A DNA stretch of 54,276 bases. Origin: a virus. Lineage: Duplodnaviria > Caudoviricetes. Shown one piece after another: positions 47,696 to 54,276 of this stretch. The notes below the pieces were generated by a model. That model did no database searches. It saw nothing but the letters and a program-made list of their open reading frames with translations, and was not told the origin of the DNA. The position numbers were made by a program, and so were the translations under genes. The DNA lies in the IMG/VR virus record IMGVR_UViG_3300020172_002575, positions 1-54,276 of that record; one strand, given 5' to 3'. Positions within the stretch are counted from its first letter, which is position 1. The number at the start of each line of letters is the position of its first letter.

Positions 47696-47880
47696 AACTC
47701 AATGACAAGCTAGAAAAAATTAATGATAATTTTAGCGTATACATGTACGATAACGGTTTTATGTTAGAGATTAGCGGCAGAGATGCCGCAGGCGATTGGT
47801 CCACGGCTAAAATTCTTTGTAAAGACATAGACGAGCTTATTAGTCTAGTTAAAGAAGCGACAACAATGGAAAGAGATTAA
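47692..47880 (+). CDS. Hypothetical protein
   Basis: Coupled ORF; YDNGFM.E..GR..DW..AKI.C. Confidence 0.7.
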   Translation: MKLNDKLEKINDNFSVYMYDNGFMLEISGRDAAGDWSTAKILCKDIDELISLVKEATTMERD

Positions 47881-48935
47881 AATTCTTTTTTAATCTCATG
47901 ACGCCAATCGTTGTCAATGAAATGTTTATGATTATATTCTAATATTTTGTTGACGTGAGAATATACAACACAAGGATCCATTTTGCTCAGATGTACTATT
48001 TGATCCCAAGCCATTGACCATCGTTTTGAATTATCTGCTTCTGCATCATATGATTCATCAATGATTTCGCCGAAGGTTTGAAAACCTAGACTACGTAAAT
48101 TACGCAAATAATGTTGTCCGCAAAAGACAATAAATGGTCTTTTTGCAAGTATAGGTTTAGCTATCTTTTCAGTAAATTGGCTATATGAATTAAATGCAGT
48201 TGTTTCTGCTATTATTGAATAATATGATTCGTTATAGATATTATAAGGCAAAATGACAAATCGAGATACTTCGATATTGTTGATTAATGTATTGTATTCA
48301 CGAGAATTAGGATCAACATTGTCGGTCCATACTCCTTTAGTTAAATCATCTTTGTAATATGTATAAAAAATTTTATCTTTAATAGCAGAATTATTGTATA
48401 ATCTTTCAACGAAATCTCTATGATGTCTTTTTGATCCTAACAAACAATCAAACATTTTTTTTCTTTGTAAATCGTGATTAAACGGTTTTAGTTTTGATAG
48501 GATTTCGTCGGCCCAACTAGATTGTAAATAGCTGTTTAAATTATCGTTTTTGCTGTAGTAGTTTGTAGGACCCATAAACCAAGATATATTGGTTTTATAC
48601 GACAATTGATTGTTAGTATTAACTACTATATCTGAAAAAATTTTTAGCTTATCGTTTTTTTTATTTTTTATATAATTCAAAATACTTTGGTCTGTTGGTT
48701 CAGAAAAATTAACAATCAGTTTTTTAGTTTTAGGTAAAATTTGATCTATTACCTTGTCATGTTGACTATAATCATTTGTATAAAAGCTCAATGCAACGAT
48801 ATCACAGTCATCAGGCAGTGAACTGATCCAATTTGTTTTGTTAAACTGACAATAATTAGAAATTTGATTTATGCAGATATTTTTGTTATAATCAAGTAAT
48901 TCAAAAAAATATCCATCGACGTAAATTTTAGACAT
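47877..48935 (-). CDS. Hypothetical protein, possibly glycosyltransferase-like
   Basis: SIIAET..FTEKIAKPI..RPFIV..LRSLGFQTF..DESYD recalls the GT10-type C-terminal TEK motif; very AT-rich; TAAATA at 48947-48942. Confidence 0.6.
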   Translation of the reverse strand: MSKIYVDGYFFELLDYNKNICINQISNYCQFNKTNWISSLPDDCDIVALSFYTNDYSQHDKVIDQILPKTKKLIVNFSEPTDQSILNYIKNKKNDKLKIFSDIVVNTNNQLSYKTNISWFMGPTNYYSKNDNLNSYLQSSWADEILSKLKPFNHDLQRKKMFDCLLGSKRHHRDFVERLYNNSAIKDKIFYTYYKDDLTKGVWTDNVDPNSREYNTLINNIEVSRFVILPYNIYNESYYSIIAETTAFNSYSQFTEKIAKPILAKRPFIVFCGQHYLRNLRSLGFQTFGEIIDESYDAEADNSKRWSMAWDQIVHLSKMDPCVVYSHVNKILEYNHKHFIDNDWRHEIKKEF

Positions 48936-48949
48936 TAAAATTATTTATT

Positions 48950-49741
48950 ATGAAAATTGGCATCATCGGAATGGGCTATGTTGGCCGAGCAGTTGCAGCT
49001 AGCTGGCTAGGTTCTCAACATGTGGTAAAATTTTACGATCCGGCAGTAGCAGGATCAACTGACAATATCAACGATATTGTTGCTGATAGACCTGGAGCAA
49101 TTTTTGTATGTGTACCAACACCGCAAAATGAAGACGGGTCATGTGATACTGCTATTATTAAAAACACGCTCGATCAATTGATTGGCAATTATGCTGGCAT
49201 TATTATTGTTAAAAGTACAGTACCACCAGAATTTTGGAAAAGTTATACCCAGCACAGTAATTTATTTCATGTTCCGGAATTTTTAGTTGCCAGTAATGCT
49301 ATACATGACTATCTAAATCCACAATTTATTTTTATCGGTGGGCACAAAAATCAGTCGTATCAAGTTTTACGAATACTGCAAGCAAGCGCAGTTAGACTGG
49401 CTGTGCCTACATATTGCACCGATTTAATCACAGCCAGTCTTGTTAAATATTTTATGAATACATTCTTGGCTACAAAAGTAACGGTATTAAATCAATTTAA
49501 TCAATTGAGCGATGCTATTGGTGCTGATTGGAATGACTTCACCGAAATGTTAACAATGGACGAACGTATGGGCAATAGCCATATTCAGGTGCCCGGACCG
49601 GATGGCAAATATGGTTATGGAGGTGCTTGCTTTCCCAAGGACGTTCGTGCTATAATCAACTCTATACAGGCGCACAATGTCAGTGCAGGTATTATTGAAG
49701 CAGTAGATTCTGCCAACACACAATTTAGAGGTAAACAATGA
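48950..49741 (+). CDS. ugd: UDP-glucose 6-dehydrogenase-like protein (no C-terminal domain)
   Basis: GMGYVG, CVPTP, KSTVPP, PEFL, K...N.FLA.K and GYGGACFPKD motifs. Confidence 0.85.
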   Translation: MKIGIIGMGYVGRAVAASWLGSQHVVKFYDPAVAGSTDNINDIVADRPGAIFVCVPTPQNEDGSCDTAIIKNTLDQLIGNYAGIIIVKSTVPPEFWKSYTQHSNLFHVPEFLVASNAIHDYLNPQFIFIGGHKNQSYQVLRILQASAVRLAVPTYCTDLITASLVKYFMNTFLATKVTVLNQFNQLSDAIGADWNDFTEMLTMDERMGNSHIQVPGPDGKYGYGGACFPKDVRAIINSIQAHNVSAGIIEAVDSANTQFRGKQ

Positions 49742-50289
49742 ACAAACTTTATTATTCCGATAAACATATACAATCTTTAGTACAAACAATACTGCGAGAC
49801 ATGTATGCACAAAATTGGCGACCTGATTATGTTGTGGGATTGACACGAGGTGGTTTAATACCTGCTGTCATGATCAGTCAATATTTGGGTGTTCCTATGC
49901 ATACCTTAAATGTCAGTCTTAGAGACAGTGGATCTGGACCAGAGAGTAATTTATGGATGGCCGAGGAAGCTTTTGGATATGTACCAGAAGATGAAAGAAA
50001 CGGTAGTGATACCAAAGTTGATCCAGCATACAGAAAAAAAATCTTAATTGTAGATGACATTAACGACACTGGTGCCACACTAGAATGGATCAAGCAAGAT
50101 TGGGCCAGTGGATGTTTGCCAAATCATAGTGCGTGGGATTCAGTTTGGAACAAAACCACACGCTTTGCAACATTGGTCAACAATGATGCAAGTGGTTTTA
50201 AAAATATTGACTTTGCTGGCGCTCATATAAACAAACATGAAAATCCTTGTTGGGTTGTGTTTCCATGGGAACATTGGTGGGAGCAATGA
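49738..50289 (+). CDS. Purine phosphoribosyltransferase (Gpt-like)
   Basis: GLTRGGL.PA, IVDDINDTGAT PRPP loop and WVVFPWE. Confidence 0.87.
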   Translation: MNKLYYSDKHIQSLVQTILRDMYAQNWRPDYVVGLTRGGLIPAVMISQYLGVPMHTLNVSLRDSGSGPESNLWMAEEAFGYVPEDERNGSDTKVDPAYRKKILIVDDINDTGATLEWIKQDWASGCLPNHSAWDSVWNKTTRFATLVNNDASGFKNIDFAGAHINKHENPCWVVFPWEHWWEQ

Positions 50290-50411
50290 TTGCATTGCCA
50301 CCAGAATTTATAATTACTAATAAAATGGAAGAGTTTGCTGAACAAGAAACTATTAAATTTTTAAACAATCAAAAATCTAATTTTAAACGATCACTAGTGA
50401 AAAGATTTTAA
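50286..50411 (+). CDS. Possible small ORF or remnant (41 aa)
   Basis: ATGA-coupled with GGGAG SD; MIALPPEF... Confidence 0.35.
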   Translation: MIALPPEFIITNKMEEFAEQETIKFLNNQKSNFKRSLVKRF

Positions 50412-50425
50412 GAATAAATATCAAC

Positions 50426-50602
50426 ATGTGGACTCTAATTATTATGCTACACGCTGTTTCACCAAACGTTCCACCGTCAAAGGGATCAATTAGTTTTCCT
50501 ACACAAAATATTGAGGAATGTCAAAAAGCCAGAGATCACGTAATAAAAGCATGGGCGTCTGACCGATACCGTGTTACAGCAAACTGTATTCCTTACAAAT
50601 AA
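50426..50602 (+). CDS. Small secreted-type protein (58 aa, not in ORF track)
   Basis: MWTLIIML N-terminus, two Cys; TAAATA (50415-50420) 5 nt before ATG. Confidence 0.62.
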   Translation: MWTLIIMLHAVSPNVPPSKGSISFPTQNIEECQKARDHVIKAWASDRYRVTANCIPYK

Positions 50603-50606
50603 ACAA

Positions 50607-50614
50607 TATAAATA
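50607..50614 (+). promoter_or_regulatory. T4-consensus late promoter TATAAATA upstream of queD
   Basis: Exact T4 late consensus in an intergenic region. Confidence 0.6.
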
Positions 50615-50619
50615 TCATT

Positions 50620-50700
50620 CTACACAGCGGCCTTTCTGGCATTCATCCCGCTTTACAAATTCTGCAAGCCTATGCTAAAATTTAACATAGGAGAATCAAA
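50620..50700 (+). promoter_or_regulatory. Structured 5' leader of queD (riboswitch-like candidate)
   Basis: AGCGG/CCGCT stem, then a CCTATG/CATAGG hairpin overlapping the AGGAG SD. Confidence 0.5.
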
Positions 50701-51216
50701 TTGGCAAAATTCTACTCAACAAAAACTTACGGCAACGACAGAGGACTTTCATGCTGTTTTAGACAATGGCGTGCTACACATAGCCATTGTTCCACACTAC
50801 ACGGTTATTCAATTGGTATTAAACTTGTATTTGAATGTGATACACTAGATGACAAGAACTGGTGCATGGATTTTGGCGGGCTAAAAGAATTCAAAGCATG
50901 GGCAGACTACATGTTTGATCATACTTTGGTAGTTGCCGAAGATGATCCCATGCTATCATTCTTTCAAGAAATGAATCGTGTTGTAGATATTGGATCGGCA
51001 AATCCAAACAGCGAAGTTCCATATGAACGAGGCGCTTTATGTGATTTGCGTATTGTACCGGGTGTGGGCTGTGAAATGTTTGCCAAGTTGTGTTACGACA
51101 AAATGGCAGAACTGATTGCATCAGGTGCTATGCGTTATCCACTCAATCCCACTGTGCGAGTAAAGTCAGTTGAAGTATTCGAACACGGTGCCAACTCAGC
51201 CACATACGAAGGATAA
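50701..51216 (+). CDS. queD: 6-carboxy-5,6,7,8-tetrahydropterin synthase
   Basis: HSHCSTLHGY, MDFGGLK, FDH, GCE and VFEH..NSA motifs; TTG start. Confidence 0.87.
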   Translation: MAKFYSTKTYGNDRGLSCCFRQWRATHSHCSTLHGYSIGIKLVFECDTLDDKNWCMDFGGLKEFKAWADYMFDHTLVVAEDDPMLSFFQEMNRVVDIGSANPNSEVPYERGALCDLRIVPGVGCEMFAKLCYDKMAELIASGAMRYPLNPTVRVKSVEVFEHGANSATYEG

Positions 51217-51218
51217 TA

Positions 51219-52076
51219 ATGAGTAAAATTAAAGTAGCAGAACTGTTTTATAGTATACAAGGAGAAGGACGCTACATGGGTGTACCAAGTGTGTTCTTGC
51301 GTACATTTGGATGTAACTTTAAATGTGCAGGCTTTGGTATGCCGCGTGGTGAGATCAGTATTGAGGCAGATGATGTTGCATACACACATGCAAACATCGA
51401 ATCCTTTATGAAATATGAAGAACTTCCGTTAGTTAAAACAGGCTGTGATAGTTATGCCAGCTGGCATCCGGCATTTAAAGACCTTAGTCCTGTTTTAACT
51501 AGTGATTCTATTGCGGAACGTATTATGGAGATACTGCCGCATGGCAAGTGGCGGGACGAACATTTGGTTATTACTGGTGGAGAACCATTGCTGGGCTGGC
51601 AGCGTAGTTATGAGGACTTGCTTAATCATCCAAGAATGCGTAAGCTCAAAGAAATCACTTTTGAAACAAATGGCACTCAAGAACTGACCAAAGAGTTCAA
51701 ACAATATCTAGACGAGTGGACCGCTGCGTCTCAAGGTAGAGAAATTACTTTTAGTGTTAGTGCTAAATTACCTGCCAGTGGCGAACAGTGGGAAGATGCC
51801 ATCAAGCCCAATATTGTATGTGATTATGCAACTGTTGGGCACACCTATCTTAAATTTGTAGTTGCCACAGAAGCAGATGTAGCTGATGCGTTAAAAGCAA
51901 CAGAGCAATATCGCAATGCGGGCTTTAAAGGATCAGTATATCTAATGCCAGTGGGTGGTGTAGAAAGTGTTTACACATTAAACAATCGACGTGTAGCAGA
52001 TTTAGCAATGAAACACGGACTGCGATACAGTGATAGATTACAAGTGCCGTTATTTAAAAATGAATGGGGAACCTAA
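51219..52076 (+). CDS. queE: 7-carboxy-7-deazaguanine synthase (radical SAM)
   Basis: ELFYSIQGEG, VFLR..GCNFKC..GCDS, ITGGEPL and ETNGT motifs. Confidence 0.92.
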   Translation: MSKIKVAELFYSIQGEGRYMGVPSVFLRTFGCNFKCAGFGMPRGEISIEADDVAYTHANIESFMKYEELPLVKTGCDSYASWHPAFKDLSPVLTSDSIAERIMEILPHGKWRDEHLVITGGEPLLGWQRSYEDLLNHPRMRKLKEITFETNGTQELTKEFKQYLDEWTAASQGREITFSVSAKLPASGEQWEDAIKPNIVCDYATVGHTYLKFVVATEADVADALKATEQYRNAGFKGSVYLMPVGGVESVYTLNNRRVADLAMKHGLRYSDRLQVPLFKNEWGT

Positions 52077-52465
52077 TGTTTGATTGGCTAAAAAAGAAAC
52101 CAGAAGTAAAAGCAGAACCAAAGTCTGAACCTAAAACTAAAAAGAAGTCGGCCAAGGAATTGGCAACTGAGGCCGGAGAACCTTATATTAGTGTCATAAG
52201 TGTTGATCTGGATCCCGACGATGTTGGTAATGGTGCATTTGAATTAGACTGGAACGAAGTATTTGTTGCTAGACTAGTCAAAGCTGGTTTTATGCAGAAA
52301 AAAGACGACAGCGATGCTGAAATAGTTGATCGATGGTTCCAAAGTATCTGTAGAAATATTCTTAACGAAAACTTTGAGCAATGGGAAGCCAATCAACCAA
52401 TTGATACTAGGCCGCGGAGAGTTGACCGTAATGATATTGGAAATGGCAGATCTGAAATATCGTGA
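52076..52465 (+). CDS. Hypothetical protein
   Basis: TAATG-coupled; FELDWN..F...L..AG segment. Confidence 0.75.
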   Translation: MFDWLKKKPEVKAEPKSEPKTKKKSAKELATEAGEPYISVISVDLDPDDVGNGAFELDWNEVFVARLVKAGFMQKKDDSDAEIVDRWFQSICRNILNENFEQWEANQPIDTRPRRVDRNDIGNGRSEIS

Positions 52466-53145
52466 TACTATATGTAAACGGCGATAGTCATAGTGCCGGT
52501 GCAGAAGCAGTTGTTCCATATTGTTTCGCACAAGATGACTATCTTTATCGAGGGTTAGGAAGAAGGCCTCATCCAGAAAACGAACGTGCCAGTTATGGTT
52601 GTTTAATTGCCAATCAGTTGAATGCTATTTTACACTGCGATGCTGAATCGGCTAGTAGCAATTCTAGAATAATAAGAACAACTAGAGAATATCTTGCTAA
52701 CGAGGGCACACCAGATGCAATCATAATTGGTTGGTCAACTTGGGAACGAGAAGAATGGTTGTATGATAATGTATTTTGGCAAGTTAATGCCGGCGGACTC
52801 AGCAACGATTGGCCTGAAGAAATAAAAGAACGTTATAAAAAATATATTGTTAGTATAAATTGGAATCATTATGAACAAAAAGCACACGAAGAGATTTTTG
52901 CTTTTCATAACGAGCTCCAAAATCTTAATATAAAACACTTGTTTTTTAACTGTTATAGCGATTTTGTTAATCAACCAATGGTTGATTGGAATAACTGTTA
53001 TGTAGAACCATATGATCCTGATATGACCTATTGGCAATGGTTAACTAATAACGGATTTAAGTCCAATGATGCGTATCATTTTAAAGCGGATGCTCATGAA
53101 AAATGGGCAGAATTCCTTTTTCCTTACTTGACACGATTATTATAA
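52462..53145 (+). CDS. SGNH/GDSL hydrolase-like protein
   Basis: NGDSHSAG, SN..I.R, GWS..R.E and DAYH motifs. Confidence 0.65.
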   Translation: MILYVNGDSHSAGAEAVVPYCFAQDDYLYRGLGRRPHPENERASYGCLIANQLNAILHCDAESASSNSRIIRTTREYLANEGTPDAIIIGWSTWEREEWLYDNVFWQVNAGGLSNDWPEEIKERYKKYIVSINWNHYEQKAHEEIFAFHNELQNLNIKHLFFNCYSDFVNQPMVDWNNCYVEPYDPDMTYWQWLTNNGFKSNDAYHFKADAHEKWAEFLFPYLTRLL

Positions 53146-53156
53146 TATGCTAATAT
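53128..53156 (+). promoter_or_regulatory. Sigma70-type promoter (extended -10; leaderless)
   Basis: TTGACA, 17 bp spacer, TGc-TAATAT, then 6 nt to ATG 53163. Confidence 0.65.
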
Positions 53157-53162
53157 TACTGC

Positions 53163-54152
53163 ATGAGATATCTAATTGTAGACACTGCAAACACATTCTT
53201 TCGCGCCCGTCATTCAGCTCACCGTCAATCGGACACTTGGGATAAGCTAGGGTTCGCTATCCATGTTACCCTTGGTTCGGTTAATAAGGCTTGGCGGGAT
53301 CAGAAAGCCGATCATGTGGTATTCTGTTTGGAAGGACGAAGCTGGCGAAAAGATTATTACGAGCCGTACAAGAAGAATCGTGCTGTTGCTCGTGCGGCCC
53401 TCACTGAAAGCGAGCAGGAAGAGGACCGGCTATTTTGGGAAGCGTTTGATAACCTTAAAACGTTCCTCGCAGAAAAGACTAATTGCACAGTTCTTCAACA
53501 TCCAGAGCTTGAAGCAGATGATCTTATTGCCGGCTTTATACAAGCCCACCCCAATGACAACCATGTTATCATATCCTCAGACACTGACTTCTACCAGCTA
53601 TTAGCGACGAATGTACAGCAATATAACGGTGTTGCCGACGAACTCCACACGCTAGCGGGCATCCTTGACAAAAAAGGCAAACTGGTAATTGATAAAAAGA
53701 CCAAAGAACCCAAAGTCATACCTGATCCGCAATGGATACTCTTTGAAAAATGTATGCGAGGAGATCCAACAGATAATATCTTTTCCGCCTACCCGGGGGT
53801 TAGGACCAAGGGCTCCAAAAACAAAATTGGTCTCACTGAAGCTTTTGCTGACCAACATAAAAAAGGATATGCTTGGAACAATCTCATGCTTCAACGATGG
53901 ACAGACCACAACGGTGTGGAACATCGTGTGCTAGATGATTACGAACGCAATAGAGTGTTAGTGGATCTCACTGCACAGCCAGAAGATATCAAGAACAAAA
54001 TTAACGAAACAATTAGTACAGGTGCAGTTAAAAGAAGCAGACCAATGGTAGGTGCCCAGTTCTTGAAGTTCTGTGGCAAGTATGAACTGAATAGACTCAG
54101 TGAGCATAGTGCAAACTATGCTGAATTGTTGGGGGCGGAGTATCCGGCATGA
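53163..54152 (+). CDS. rnh: T4 RNase H-like 5'-3' exonuclease (FEN family)
   Basis: IVDTAN, SWRK..Y..YK.NR, EADD, SSDTDF and GD..DNI motifs. Confidence 0.92.
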   Translation: MRYLIVDTANTFFRARHSAHRQSDTWDKLGFAIHVTLGSVNKAWRDQKADHVVFCLEGRSWRKDYYEPYKKNRAVARAALTESEQEEDRLFWEAFDNLKTFLAEKTNCTVLQHPELEADDLIAGFIQAHPNDNHVIISSDTDFYQLLATNVQQYNGVADELHTLAGILDKKGKLVIDKKTKEPKVIPDPQWILFEKCMRGDPTDNIFSAYPGVRTKGSKNKIGLTEAFADQHKKGYAWNNLMLQRWTDHNGVEHRVLDDYERNRVLVDLTAQPEDIKNKINETISTGAVKRSRPMVGAQFLKFCGKYELNRLSEHSANYAELLGAEYPA

Positions 54153-54276
54153 ACAAACGAATTCAAGAACTTGCTGAACAGGCTGGATTGAGGTTTACCC
54201 AACTAATGAGTAATCCAATGGTTCCTGTTGTAGATGGTAAAGAAACAGATTTGGAAAAGTTCGCCGAGTTGATTGT
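54149..54276 (+). CDS. Small phage protein (5' part, runs off window)
   Basis: ATGA-coupled; MNKRIQELAEQAG...LEKFAELI. Confidence 0.6.
   Translation, partial: MNKRIQELAEQAGLRFTQLMSNPMVPVVDGKETDLEKFAELI

Noticed and set aside
50620-50700. Known preQ1 class I riboswitch
   Set aside because: It lacks the recognisable stem-loop consensus plus A-rich 3' tail; kept only as an unclassified candidate.
799-53934. Numerous short antisense or alternate-frame ORFs in the track (e.g. 27429-27866, 35427-35870, 35477-35920, 46159-46521, 53263-53604)
   Set aside because: They lie inside well-supported genes, lack recognisable motifs or SD sites, and are the expected shadows of codon bias.
1-54276. Stop-codon reassignment (seen in some large phages)
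   Set aside because: Standard-code ORFs tile the window tightly, core genes are intact, and TAA, TGA and TAG all end genes.
1-54276. CRISPR array, tRNA or rRNA genes
   Set aside because: No regularly spaced repeat-spacer units or cloverleaf/T-loop signatures were seen by eye; intergenic gaps are short.
1-54276. Bacterial chromosome origin (because of dnaJ, clpA, galE, folE, dps)
   Set aside because: These host-like genes are embedded among tail fibre, T4-like replication, lysis and late-promoter features, and no housekeeping operons are present.

Overview
This is a gene-dense, AT-rich segment of a large T4-superfamily (jumbo-like) tailed dsDNA phage. Almost all genes are on the + strand and use the standard genetic code; spanins point to a Gram-negative host. 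In order it holds: tail/virion genes (1-7.4 kb); MazG, a short DnaE fragment, GroES, FkbM methyltransferase, clamp loader, HAD nucleotidase, radical SAM and PhoH (7.5-15 kb); an extended lysis cassette (17-19.7 kb); DnaJ and ClpA (19.7-22.9 kb); probable protease-processed head-internal polyproteins (25-30 kb); Dps, family B DNA polymerase and sliding clamp (30.8-38.4 kb); a ~13 kb 7-deazaguanine DNA-modification locus (39-52 kb); and RNase H. That locus has a TGT-like DpdA, a DpdL-like T-fold protein, FolE, QueD, QueE and a PRTase but no QueC in the window, interleaved with a GT-B glycosyltransferase, GalE, a DegT-like aminotransferase and UDP-glucose dehydrogenase. Main leads: a possible glycosylated deazaguanine hypermodification, a riboswitch-like leader before queD, an intergenic structured RNA at ~33.15 kb, systematic leaderless transcripts from sigma70 and TAAATA late promoters, and terminator hairpins with embedded promoters. 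All calls come from motif recognition and hand-folding; no database searches were run. No tRNA, rRNA or CRISPR array was seen.
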